Shown here one piece after another: positions 36,801 to 48,409 of a stretch of DNA of 64,000 nucleotides. The position numbers and the translations under genes were made by a program. The notes beneath the pieces were generated by a model. The model saw only the letters and a program-made list of their open reading frames with translations. It searched no databases and was not told where the DNA came from. Location: NCBI RefSeq assembly GCF_964204645.1, contig NC_134027.1, positions 14,726,485 through 14,790,484 of the forward strand, given 5' to 3'. Source of the stretch: Tubulanus polymorphus. Its lineage: Eukaryota; Animalia; Nemertea. How positions within the stretch are numbered: position 1 is the stretch's first letter; each line of letters opens with the position of its first letter.

Positions 36801-39800
36801 CTAAGTTTCTTCTCTGAGGCATTAACAAATCTAACCTATGATTTGACCAGGGAAAGTTTCCGACAATATTTTTAAACAACCTTTTTTGGAATAAGCCCTA
36901 AAACAATCAACTCAAAATTCCGTATTAAGTTATTTGAACATTTTTTTGCTTGTTAGCGTCATGTTTACCATGGATACCCGAGAAAGGAACAGTGGGAGCC
37001 AGTGGAGATTTAGCCCCGTTGTCACATTTGGCATTAGGAATGATGGGCGAAGGAAAGATGTGGAGCCCTGAAAGTGGTTGGGGAGAGGCTCGCTATGTAA
37101 GTATATCCCAAGGACGTAGTAGAGCAAAATAAACATGTATTTTACAAGGGAGCTGTTGTTGAGACGGAGAAAAGTTGTATGCGTAGGTCTGGCTTTCCTC
37201 GAGTAATAGCTTATTGAAAGGAAATGGAATGTAAACTTGCTTAAGTTTTATAGGTATTAGAAGCACACAATTTACATCCAATAAAATTAAGAGCTAAAGA
37301 AGGTCTAGCATTGATCAACGGGACGCAACTGATCACATCAATGGGAGCTGAAGGTATTATCAAATAATTTTTTTTGATATGATAATTGATACACAATAAA
37401 ATATTGAATATATATTTTCTCGTCTATAATTGAAGCTGTTGAACGTTCATCTTCGATCGCAAGACAAAGTGATATTGTCGCTGCAATAACGCTAGACGTA
37501 CTGAAAGGAACTACAAAAGCATTCGATACGGGTAAACTTTCCTGTCACCGATATCATATATCAGCAAAATGTACCAAGTCAAATAAAACGATGCTTTGAA
37601 TACTATTACAGATATCCAAAATGTTCGGCCCCACAAGGGACAAAAGGAAGTCGCGCGTAGATTTAGGTCAATTTTACACTCGGAAACTCATCCGTCTGAA
37701 ATTGCAAATAGCCATCGTTTTTGTAATAGAGTACAAGATGCTTATACAATACGGTGCTGTCCACAGGTATTAGTGATAAGCACTTCAGGAATACGCCATA
37801 AATCCTTAAATCTTGTTGTCAGGTAGCCACGGGACTCAAATTTAATCTTTCCTATCTATTTTTAGGTTCACGGTATTGTGAATGATACAATCGAGTTTGC
37901 CAGAGGAATTATAACAACAGAAATGAATAGCGCTACGGATAATCCTGTATCTTTTTATTCTAGTTGGGATTGTCCACGAGTCAGGATAAGCTACTTGTAT
38001 GTATACTATTTTCATCGAGTTTTTACCTGAGCACACAAGTTGGCATTAACAGCAAGAAGTTAAAAAGAAGCCGGTGGTGCCCTAGTTCGCAAATAACCAT
38101 TTGGGCTCCAAGGGGTCAAATATGTATCTCCAAAAGTGCCACCTACAAAATGCTTCAAACTCATTTCCAGCTATATCTATTTAAATGATTAAGGGATTGC
38201 TATGAAATGATACACATGTACATGATATTAAAATACAGCACACCACTTACACAAATAGACGATAATCTTGAAAACCCCATTTCAGCATCAGGTTTTCGCG
38301 TGTAATGTCATCGGCAATTAATCGCGAGGGGTCAAGAAATCGCTAAACATGAGCTAAAATACATTCGGGAAAGCTATTATGCATGGAATACCGGACCCTA
38401 CTTGATTGTTTGAAGATGCATGGTGATAATTATTACTATTGCAGTCATCAATTTAACCACGTATACGCAGCACCGATGGGAGAATCCAGTAACATGGCCT
38501 CGTAGTGTGGCTTGGATTTCACTTCCGAAATCTCGCCAGTCTTGCACTAAATTAAGACTGCACGTAATTTCAGAATATTTCAGAATGAAATACCTTACCG
38601 CTCCTTGTTCACGTTTCAACATTTGCTTTTTTTGTCCTGCATCGACTGCATGAGGGTCCTTCTAGACTCTTCTCATTCTCGTGGTGATGTGCATTTCTTA
38701 CTTGGCATTGGCTTTTTGGTTGATCGTCTCTGACGGAACTGCTCATACATTTACACACTGTAAAAATTCGGTACACTTTTAGTACGCCTATACAGCACGT
38801 TTTTGGACGATATTTTGTCCGTTTTTTGGCACACCTTTGGAACGGGTATGTAACGATCTCGGCATAATTAGTGGCATGCAATATATAACAATTCTGGACA
38901 CATCTTTGGGTCAGCCTCGTCACACAAAAAGAACACATATAGTTTCCATGGAAATTTAAAATTTATTATATTATAATTAAATAAAATAGAAAACGCTAGT
39001 AAAGATCAAGATGCCCGGCTGGAAGATGATCCACGAGGGCACTTTTCTTTGTATCTGGTCTCTGAATTGTACAGATCTTATATTGCCTAGCCTAATCCGG
39101 CAGGGATACTCTGGATAAATCGACAATTTTGTCTTCTTAAGTGACTACGTATTTCTGATTGTTTTGGGTAATTTTTTTCTTGAATAGCAAGATAGTGGTA
39201 GGCTGTATACTTTTAGTTTAGTATAGCGAGTCTGAAAAGCGATAAATGGTTTTCTAGTCTGATATCTATATAAATGTATCCCATAAACTGGTCATCATTT
39301 GGTTTTAGAAGTGAATCAATTTTCAAATTAAATGACTTCGACTTAATGGGCTAATCTATTATAAATTGATTGATTGAAGCAAATGATTAAAATATCCCGA
39401 AAAACCAAGAAAAAAATTCCGGGGCTAGGCATATTCTTGTGTGCGGAGCGATTTTCCATGTTTGAGAGATTTTTTTTAGGATCGACGACAATCATATCCA
39501 TAAAAATATTACCTTCGATGAACAGAATTACACCCGCGAATAAACCAGCAAGTGGCACGGTACCGACGCGGTCTGTAGTGTACCTAAACAAATGGGGCAT
39601 TTACAAATGTAACCAGAGACAAACTCGAATCCATCGACCTGCTAGTTAGAAATAAAATGCTTCGGTTGTGGCATATTTTTGATTATTTCACCACAAGAAA
39701 AAATGATTTTGAAATTACTGTATAAGTAATTTTCAGATCGTAAAATAGACACTATGTGAAACCTCTATTGAAAAAAATAATAGATTCAGGACCTTACAGA

Positions 39801-42235
39801 TAAAAAATGTTCCAATCGTATTACGGAAATTTTTGCAATAGACGAATGATTTGGAATTAATTCAATTCAATTCAAATGACTCTTTGTTGTATTTAAGATC
39901 CATACGGATTGAGTCGTACAGAGTATAAAAATAAAGTATAATTAATAGGTAAACAATAGTAATAGACAAATTTAGGTAGAAAAAAACACGATAAGCTTTT
40001 ATGTACGCTTACTACAAACACCTGAATGATTATACATTGGTAATAAACAAATTTAAGCAAAAGTTATTACATAGACTTAAGACAAATACTTGCACGATTA
40101 TAAATTATCAAAACCTTCAGATTTATTCGGAGACTTTGATTGTGGATGGAAAAGTAGTAGATTGTCAAGGATTGGTTGGTTAAGTGGGAGAAACGTTCAC
40201 ATTCCATGACAAAATTAAATTCGTCTTCAATTTTCCGACATTGGTGGCGTAGTCTTTGTTACGTAAGGGTATTGGTATAGCATCTTCTCTTCATATGTAG
40301 TCCATGACTACTAGTTCGTAGCTACATAATGCTGGATTTGTATTTGGGGGTAATGTAGTATCCTGCAGGTAGGGAGACATTGACAATAGCTAGTGAATGC
40401 AAAAACTAACCAAAGTTAAGATACCAGGATAGTAGAAATTTATATATCTATCACAACTGATTTTTGGTTTTCCTTTGTTAGCAATATTGAAGTTGGCATT
40501 GAGCCAATTATGTATCGCTACATACTTATGTACATCGCTTATGGTAAGTTTTTTATGTGAGCATTTGTTTCATTGGTTCTCGGCCTAAACGACGTATTAT
40601 CGATGCGATCCAAGACATGGGGAACATCCGTCGATGACATGGTCAACTTTGTTAAAATTCTACGAAAAACTGTTTTGGCGGGAAAATTCTTAGCTCTGCG
40701 TATAAAATTGCAATGACCTCGATTGGGGGCGTCGTCTCTAAGAACGAATGTGATTGGCTCTTTTTGGGGTATACGGGGAATTCCGGTGATACTTCAATAA
40801 TTATGGGAAAGCCAAAATGGCGAACGTTTCATTTGACTAGGTGCCTGTACGAATTACATATGCTCATTACTTGTAAGAATATAATTATTTCACACATTCG
40901 CCATAGGTATTGTTTCATTTTAATACCCGGTGATTGTTTTGATTGACATTGAAGTATAAGCGAACATTCACACGGCCTCCACGTGCGCGCTGAGTGCTTA
41001 TCATTTAGCCTACTGTTGCACGCACATACACGCGGTCGCTCGTGCTTCTACAGTATACACTGCTATAGTGATACTGTAACGCTGCTTGCTGGGGCGCGCA
41101 CGTTTGACATTTCATCAGCAGAAGATGAGCGCTGTGTTTTCTGTTTGATAGAATTTGTAATAAATTGTAATTTCTTGTGACCTGAAAATACTTAGCAGCA
41201 AACTATAGGTACTAGGTCGAGGTCTGAATATTTTAGTGGTAAAATCCAGGATTCAAAACGATCTACTTACATACGCCGTAATTTTTATTACGGTACTGGT
41301 ATGTTTCGTAGCTTCCGCGGCCATACATTGGAAAAATTTTGTGAAAAATATTTTATTCCAAATATAAAATAGTTTTCCTGTCTACCTGTACCCTACGAAA
41401 TTTTGGACCTGCACCTGAAACAGATGTATTTTTGTCCTTGTTTGACTACAAAATAATTATTTCACAAAGATAAAATAAAATAATAACTTTGAATTCACGA
41501 ATTAAAACGATTTTTCGTAAGCAATGCCCTTGCCAAATAGGCTCCAGTTTTCAAGGTAAACCACACTTTGCCCATGCGCAATTTATTTCACAACAATTTT
41601 ATGTAGATGTAATCAGTCATAGGTAATTATGTTATGCTACGTATATTCTGTCTAACCCACATTTCAAGCCACTCAAATTATACTGCCCTAATCCTCAGAA
41701 TTGCGCGTACAGCAGATTGAGTTATCAGGAAAGTCAGCGTACAAAATGCATTCACATTTTACACCTTAATCCGGTACTGTTATGTATATAGATGGTGTTT
41801 GCTGATAGAAAAGAGATTATATCTGCTGGGAACTTCCACGGTGAATACCCTGCCAAGGTAAATGGTTTTTCAGGGTTATTCATTCCAATCTTATCTTACC
41901 GTTTGAGTGCATAATAACATTGTCTATTGAAGGTATTGGATTATCTAGCTATAGGGATAAGTGAGTTAGCTAGCATTAGCGAGAGACGAATAGAAAGACT
42001 TGTAAATCCAGGTAATGTATACGTTAAGCGACGCTATTACCATCAAATCAATGTTGTAATCAAAAATATAAATTTCTGTAGTAGATATTCATATTGGTGA
42101 TACGTTATTCTTCCGCATCTTACGTATTATCACAATTTTCTGTACTAGCTTACAGTGAACTACCAGCTTTCTTGGTTAAAGATGGAGGAATAAACTCGGG
42201 ATTCATGGTTGCTCATTGCACCGCTGCAGCCTTAG
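27802..42235 (+). CDS. HAL: Histidine ammonia-lyase (histidase), partial, spliced. Exons: 27802-27868, 29289-29316, 29400-29474, 29557-29629, 29716-29782, 29895-30058, 36957-37096, 37254-37353, 37436-37531, 37612-37766, 37866-37946, 41792-41857, 41933-42011, 42149-42235
   Basis: Exons join in frame with GT-AG sites and give [33 protein letters not shown] (MIO-forming ASG), [67 protein letters not shown]. Confidence 0.97.
27905..29195 (-). mobile_element. Degenerate Penelope-like element with inverted pseudo-LTRs, inside a HAL intron
   Basis: DGVSLFTN and [19 protein letters not shown] (RT); YSGET GIY-YIG remnant near 28190; 27910-27995 is an inverted copy of 29100-29190. Confidence 0.75.
29111..29152 (+). 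ncRNA. Hammerhead ribozyme motif of the Penelope pseudo-LTR, in HAL sense orientation
   Basis: gtt-CTGAGGA-a-gac...gtc-GAAA-ttgtc-aac: core intact, stems short and weak. Confidence 0.55.
31158..31495. mobile_element. Truncated single end of the MULE-like family seen at 8263-10631
   Basis: Near-identical to 8263-8597. Confidence 0.85.
34700..36680 (+). pseudogene. Decayed fragment of a second Polinton-like element of the same family as 43052-60140
   Basis: Collinear remnants: MESNNK...[10 protein letters not shown]...TYLSDRF...[12 protein letters not shown] (matches 54488-54841), [14 protein letters not shown] (matches the minor capsid gene at 54470), [18 protein letters not shown] (matches 53339-53695). 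Confidence 0.9.
35017..35579. mobile_element. Probable solo LTR interrupting the Polinton relic
   Basis: TG...CA ends, flanks caagg/ccagg (5-bp TSD with one mismatch); splits a reading frame that resumes right after it. Confidence 0.6.
40540..41590. repeat. Second, inverted and longer copy of the 2921-3730 repeat
   Basis: Reverse-complement similarity, e.g. aaaaactgttttggcgggaaaattcttagctc versus gagctaagaattttcccgccaaaaacagtttttc. Confidence 0.7.
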
Positions 42236-43051
42236 GTAAGTTCATACAAAAATGAGCATCGCAATTCCAGCACCAGAGCGTGAATTGCGGTTCAAATGGT
42301 CTGTATCAGTTCATTTGAATGAACTTGGAATTGAAATCATAGAAATCCAAATACATGTGTTATATTCAAGGTCCATTCATTTTCGGGAAAAAACCTGGTA
42401 GATCCTCATAGAAATACCTATTGTTAAAGTAGTGTTAGCGGGTAACGTAGGCTCCAAACAGAAGAAAAATTCATTGCAAGGTACTTAATAGAAAAGTTGT
42501 GGTATTTATCCTTAGGGTGGTATTTAAGAAGAACATGTGATTATAACCGATGTATGTATTGCTGTTATGGGGTGAAATTCAACTTAAAAATAAATATCAT
42601 AGGGTTTAAATGTGTTTAAAATCAGAACCATGTGTTTAAAATCAGAAGCAATGAGATTAATTGGGATAAATTCTCAGCGGTAGAATACGTATTTCTAGAG
42701 CAGTGGAACGTTAGACCTACTCATGACTGAAACCCGTATAGGTAAGTTATGTGATCGTGCGGGAACGCCTTTACTAAAGTTAAAACCATTTCATGATGAC
42801 ACGAAACATTAAACACAACTAGGCTACCATCCATGATATCACAAATCAAAAAAGATCATTTTTATATTCAATTTTACCAGAGTTGTTTATTGGAGGAAAA
42901 TATGATCGTTAAGTACGCTGAGACCAATCATGTTGTATCATCAATAAGTTGACTGACAGTATTATTATTAAGATTCCATCGGTTCGGTCATATTCTGAGA
43001 TACGTTTTCGCTTTAAGATGCCCTACCCGCCTGGTGCGCACTTACGAGGTG

Positions 43052-43430
43052 AGTAATAGGGATAATAGGCTTTCAAGCCAAAGGTAGAACGGTCGAGTTC
43101 ATTAAAAACAAAACATTAAAAGTAATCTAAAACTATAATATATTTTCATAACCATGTGTATTTTATATTATAACTAAATATTTATTCTAAGATATCAATA
43201 ATTTAAAAAGCATATAATCAAATATATTTTAATAATAATAATTATTCTATTATTCAACTGAAATACACACGGTTATGAAAATATATTATAGTTTTAAATT
43301 ACTTTTAATATTTGTTTTTAATGAACACGACCATTCAACCTTTAACCTGAAAGCCTATTATCCCTATTACTCTTAAAATATTCATATAAATGAATAACAT
43401 TTAAATTGACAGATTATTCAATATAAAAGT
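43052..43430. repeat. Left TIR, containing an internal palindrome (arms 43052-43163 and 43261-43371)
   Basis: Reverse complement of 59762-60140; agtaatagggataataggctttca recurs inverted as tgaaagcctattatccctattact ending at 43371. Confidence 0.95.
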
Positions 43431-43461
43431 GTAAGCTCTTATAGAATAGATATATAAATAG

Positions 43462-44073
43462 TTATTTTATAAACTTATATTCATAGGGAAATTGTAGTCT
43501 CAGTAATATTTTTGAACCTTTATTATTCTTTAATTTATTCATATATTCATCATGTAATTCAGTAGGTATAATTTGATTTTCTTCCAATGATTGTTGCATA
43601 GATTTTTTATCTTTGTTATAAAATAAAACTAGAAATCTTATATTCCCCCTAAAGTCTTTAACAATTGAATTATATTTTTGATTTAAAACTCATGTTGTTA
43701 TCCCAAAATGTCTCCCAGAGAAAGCTAAATAACATAACTCACTTTCTCTAACTTTTGAATCATGTAAATTAGCGCAATCATCTACAATGAATAATGTATT
43801 TGATCCTTTATAAGTATCAATTGCTATTTTAAAACAATTATCTAAATTTTCTTTTACTGTTTTAGGGTCTAATATAATAAACTTTTTCATCTTAACTATA
43901 TCTCTATTATATGTTTTATTCATTTCATAAGTAGGGCAGAATAATATTATATTATCAAAATGATTCTTATAAATAGTTTCTAACAAATCAAATATGAAAT
44001 GTGTTTTACCACAGTTTGTTACACCAGTAACTAACATATTATGCGGTTCAAATATAAATAAATCTTTATTCAT
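43462..44073 (-). pseudogene. A32/FtsK-like genome-packaging ATPase with an in-frame stop at 43690-43692
   Basis: Walker A GVTNCGKT, Walker B LFIVDD, SGRH motif; frame continues past TGA as VLNQKYNSIVKDFRGNI to a stop at 43462. Confidence 0.88.
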
Positions 44074-45196
44074 TTATTCTTTTAATTTTACTAGATAAAA
44101 TCCATTCATTAAATTTATCATCATATCCTTTATATTTCACCAAAGAATACTTTTTTCCTTTAAGAGTTTTTGATTTCAATACTTTTTCTATTTTGTATTC
44201 TATTTCATCTGGATTTGGTACAAGTGATAATTCTTGTTCATAGAAATAACCTAATATTTCTTCATCTTTTAGATCTTCTAGTTTATAAACAAAAGGTTTA
44301 GTTAATATTATCTTTTTAATCTTGAATATTTCTTCAGTAAAATTTGGAGTATAACCTTTATAAAATGTTTTTCTATATTTAGATATTCTTACGTGTTGTC
44401 CAATTTTGAATCTAGGTTCACCAAAATCATGTGTAACAAACGCGCCATATAAATTATTCCAAACTATTTCCGAATTATCTTCTTTTCTAGCTTGTATAGG
44501 TTTCATATTTATAGAACTATGTTTAGAATTATTATAACCTTTCACTAAATCATCTAATATATTTATAGACTCATCGATATATTTATATGTTTCATTAGCA
44601 GTAAAATATTTCCACATTCTAGTTTTCAATGTTTTATTAAATCTTTCTATAATAGATGCTTTTTTATCTGAGTGTGTTGAAAAATAATCTACATCGTTAT
44701 CAGATAATAGTTTTTTGAAATGTTTGTTATAAAATTCCTTACCTTCATCAAATTGTATCTTATCTGGAATAGCTTCTTTAAATATAGATTTAAAAGCATT
44801 TGTCACTTCTTTTCCAGTTTTATTTTTGATTGGAATTGACCATGCGTATCTACTGAATATGTCTATAACATTCAGTATCCAGAAATATCCTTTGTTGTGT
44901 TCTTCTAAGTTCTTCATGTCAATTAAATCTGCTTGCCATTGTTGATCGATATATGAAACCATAACTTTTCTTGTTAAATAAGTTTTATCCATTTTCTTGT
45001 GGATTTGATATGTTGGTTGATTTTGTAACCATGATTTCAATTCACTATATTTTATATCACCATGTGGGTGCCGTACGGCACCATCACCATTTTCCTTATC
45101 AGATTTAATTTTATTCCATAATTCTGTAACGTTAGAATATGATACTTCACTTTCTGGATTATAATATAAATCTCTTAAATATTGTTCTTTTTTCAT
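44066..45196 (-). CDS. Retroviral-type (c-int) integrase with C-terminal chromo-like domain
   Basis: WQADLIDM, IDIFSRYAW, IQFDEGKEF, ASIIERFNKTLK; YKIEKVLK...LVKYKGYDDKFNEW. Confidence 0.95.
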   Translation of the reverse strand: MKKEQYLRDLYYNPESEVSYSNVTELWNKIKSDKENGDGAVRHPHGDIKYSELKSWLQNQPTYQIHKKMDKTYLTRKVMVSYIDQQWQADLIDMKNLEEHNKGYFWILNVIDIFSRYAWSIPIKNKTGKEVTNAFKSIFKEAIPDKIQFDEGKEFYNKHFKKLLSDNDVDYFSTHSDKKASIIERFNKTLKTRMWKYFTANETYKYIDESINILDDLVKGYNNSKHSSINMKPIQARKEDNSEIVWNNLYGAFVTHDFGEPRFKIGQHVRISKYRKTFYKGYTPNFTEEIFKIKKIILTKPFVYKLEDLKDEEILGYFYEQELSLVPNPDEIEYKIEKVLKSKTLKGKKYSLVKYKGYDDKFNEWILSSKIKRINE

Positions 45197-45202
45197 CTTA
45201 TT

Positions 45203-45553
45203 TTAATCCATTAATAATAATTTAGATTTAGTTTCAATGACTTTATGATTTGACTTATTTTCTGGTATGATAGGTTTATTGTCATTGGAATCATCTTTAT
45301 CATCAGATTTGAATTTTGATTTATATATTACACCGGATAATATAATAACTGTTACTAATCCAATTGTAATATATAATTTATAATTACTTCCAGCATTAGA
45401 AGAATTAGATGGATTATTATTTGAATCAATATCAGGTGATTCATTTATATCAGTTAATTTCTTTTTCTTAGCTTTTTTTAATTCTGCAGATCATTTACCT
45501 AATTCTCTTGCCCATATAATTTGTTTCTCGGATCTAGCCTTTTTCTTAACTCC
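45203..45553 (-). pseudogene. Disrupted small single-pass membrane protein
   Basis: KARSEKQIIWARELGK*SAELKK...YKLYITIGLVTVIILSGVIYK hydrophobic stretch; internal stop; boundaries approximate. Confidence 0.5.
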
Positions 45554-45554
45554 A

Positions 45555-46163
45555 TCACTCATTTATTTTAGTTAATTTTTGTTCTGATTCATTTTCTGTT
45601 TCGACGTTTGGTTGTAGTACAGCGTCATCTGTTTCGTTCTTACCTGATTTATATTCCATAGGCTTGATGTTCGAAAACGTAATGACGCCAGTAGAAATTA
45701 ATGTCATAACCGATCCTAATTGAAATGAAGCATAGCCGACCCATTTTTGTAATTCAGTCATAACTAAATAGTCATTTTTCAAATCACTATATAATTTATT
45801 TTCATCATCAATTGGTATTAACTGGTTACATAATTTTGAATAACATTTGACAATACCATCTGAAATAGAATCATTTATTCGGGATAATCTTGCTTCTTCA
45901 TAAATCTTAAAATATTTTATTACTTTATCTGGTTTCATAGCATCTAATTCTTGAAAAGTAATAGTCTTAGTTAAAAACTCTTTAGTTTTTCCACCGGCAA
46001 TCAATAGTTCTAGATGATGCTTACAATATAAATAGTATTCATAATCTATATTACAATTAACTTGAGCACAATTAGTTACAACTGTATCTTTATTATCACT
46101 TATACCCAAATCATCTAATGTTTTTTCAATATCAATACTATTCTTATTAGATTTCTTTGACAT
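45555..46163 (-). CDS. Uncharacterised Polinton protein, 202 aa, with a hydrophobic segment near the C-terminus
   Basis: Long ORF, same strand and codon bias as its neighbours, T7-N8-TAAATG start. Confidence 0.7.
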   Translation of the reverse strand: MSKKSNKNSIDIEKTLDDLGISDNKDTVVTNCAQVNCNIDYEYYLYCKHHLELLIAGGKTKEFLTKTITFQELDAMKPDKVIKYFKIYEEARLSRINDSISDGIVKCYSKLCNQLIPIDDENKLYSDLKNDYLVMTELQKWVGYASFQLGSVMTLISTGVITFSNIKPMEYKSGKNETDDAVLQPNVETENESEQKLTKINE

Positions 46164-46572
46164 TTATATTAGAGAAAAAAAGCAAAAAAAATGTTATAAA
46201 TATTCTTCAAATGATACTAGAGTTAAAGAAGTCTAGTATTGATACTAGCTATTTGAATTTAAAGAATTTCTATTTGAATCTATTCAAAATATTAAGTATT
46301 CTCTTTTGAAAAGAAAGTATTAAAAATATAATAGAATTCACTAGCTAGTTGAAGTTATTGTTTTTTTATTATATTTTATTTAAATTAGGATTTAGATTAT
46401 CTCACTACTATTGTTTATCTATAGGAGCAGTAATTATAACTGTCCAGATAAGTCATTTCGGATTCTCGATAATAAATCCTCAAACTGAAAATAAATTCAA
46501 AGAAACGACTGGTGGAAATACTATTTCATAAACACACATATATTTTATTCTACAATCATTATCGATTTCCAC

Positions 46573-47298
46573 ATTCCAAGCCGCTCGGCAGCCGAGCGGT
46601 AAGGTATGCGTGTAATGCAGGAATCAATAAAGTATAATACAACATCTGTCACTGTGTGTAACATTAACAACAGCTGAATGACGCAATTGAAATTCCGACA
46701 AACGTAATGCATTGGAAGCCTATACAGTATGGCTAAACTGCTACAGTCTCATGAGTTGAAATATCCATAATTTCTGATTCCACATCCATCTATCTTCACT
46801 TTCTTGATTCAATGGCCTTCATTTTGTTATCTAAAAGATAAATATCTAACGTAGAATAAAACTAACTTGAAGTTGTAGTTGTAAAATATTAATTACAACA
46901 CTTAAACATGACCATTTTGTGGCGCATCTTACCAGGATAAGTTTTACATGTTTAGCGTTTTCCAACGCCTTAATAAGAACAAAAACAGTACTTACATTTA
47001 TAACTGTAAACTCCTAAAATTGTGTTTATAGAGAGAATATCCTAAACGTTCCTATGCTTATGTGCTGCGCGTTTATAACTGGCAGTTATTCACTAGCTAA
47101 ACACTGTCTGTGCAACAGATGTTACTTTGTAATATAATTGATTAATCCTTTTCAACTGAAATAGCACATTCGATCAATATTCAAATGAGATACGCCCTAT
47201 TCAACTGAATATGAAATACGGCACAGATGTTTTTGTAAACAACCTAATACAATTACATACAGGCGGTTTGACATATATCGAGAGTAACCGGTTTTCTA
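46573..47298 (+). mobile_element. Probable Helentron-type non-autonomous insertion within the Polinton
   Basis: GC-richer island; 5' hairpin ccgctcggc-a-gccgagcgg; 3' aggcggttt...aaccggtt-ttcta end; boundaries approximate. Confidence 0.45.
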
Positions 47299-47303
47299 AG
47301 CGT

Positions 47304-47957
47304 TTAAGCTTCAACGTATTTTTCATTATGTGTTGAATTCCATAATTCAACAAATGTCTTTGCTTTATCCAGTTGATCTAAATATAACTGTATATCTAGT
47401 TTATTAGATTTAATTATGTTTTCCTTCTTTTCTAAAGGTCTTAAATTTCTCCAGTTCCAGATTAGCTTCTTATTACAATCATCACTCATGTCAAATTTAG
47501 ATATTGGTAACACGTGATCAATATGGTAATAATCCCCATAATTATCTATATTCATTTTATCATCGAATTGAAATATAATCCATGATTTGAGAAATTCATC
47601 TGAACAACCCAATAGATTAGATAGTGTTTCTGAATGTGTTTCTTTGTTGAATAATTGTGTTAATCTAGATCTTAAGCATTGATTCAATCTAAAATTAAGA
47701 TCTGTTTTGTATCTTTCTCTCATATATTCTGCCATATAATAATTATAATAATCTATATTATCTTCTCGGTATTGTTTGGTATATAGTTTAAAACAAGTTT
47801 TACAGCAATATTGAAAACCATCTTTGCTAATCTTACGCTTACTAAATTCTGTTATAGCTAATTTATCTAATTCACATTTAGAACACTTCTTGTAGTATAT
47901 GTTTATAACGCCAGTGTTATTTGTAATATTTATAGTTTGTGGTTGTTCTGGTTCCAT
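47304..47957 (-). CDS. HNH/endonuclease VII-like nuclease with N-terminal zinc ribbon
   Basis: KKCSKC...CCKTC; YHIDHVLPIS...WNWRNLRPLEKKENIIKSNK, a signature seen in phage and large DNA virus HNH nucleases. Confidence 0.85.
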   Translation of the reverse strand: MEPEQPQTINITNNTGVINIYYKKCSKCELDKLAITEFSKRKISKDGFQYCCKTCFKLYTKQYREDNIDYYNYYMAEYMRERYKTDLNFRLNQCLRSRLTQLFNKETHSETLSNLLGCSDEFLKSWIIFQFDDKMNIDNYGDYYHIDHVLPISKFDMSDDCNKKLIWNWRNLRPLEKKENIIKSNKLDIQLYLDQLDKAKTFVELWNSTHNEKYVEA

Positions 47958-48024
47958 TTATTATACATATTTTTTTACTAAATTGATTTTAGAAGTTATT
48001 CATTTATATGTTATTCATGAATAC

Positions 48025-48385
48025 CTATGTATTAGATACCCTATTAGATACCCTATTAGATACCCTAATACCTGATACCCTATTAGATACCTTAAATACT
48101 TAAAACCCCCTTTTTTAAAATAAATATTATTTATACAATTTTCAACCAATTTATTTTTATTTTTTCAACTAATATATGAATAAGTTTGAAAATAATAAAG
48201 GTTATTTATTATTACTGAGGTTTCAATTTCCATATGAATATCAGTTTATAAAATAAGATATTTTATGTATTAGATTGTATTAGATTGTATTAGATATGTA
48301 TTAGATACGTATTAGATACCTTAAATACTTAAAACCCCCTTTTTTATTTACTATTATTTTATACAATTTTCAACCAATATTATTA
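48025..48385. repeat. Duplicated intergenic block with (attagatacc)-type microrepeats
   Basis: tattagataccttaaatacttaaaaccccctttttt...tatacaattttcaaccaat at ~48080-48150 and ~48310-48380, each preceded by short repeats. Confidence 0.8.
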
Positions 48386-48409
48386 TTTGAGTTAAATATA
48401 ATTAATAAC

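Noticed and set aside
43690-43692. In-frame TGA at a probable Trp position in the ATPase, suggesting an alternative genetic code or readthrough
   Set aside because: Other element genes use TGG for Trp and carry frameshifts and deletions; a simple G>A nonsense mutation is sufficient
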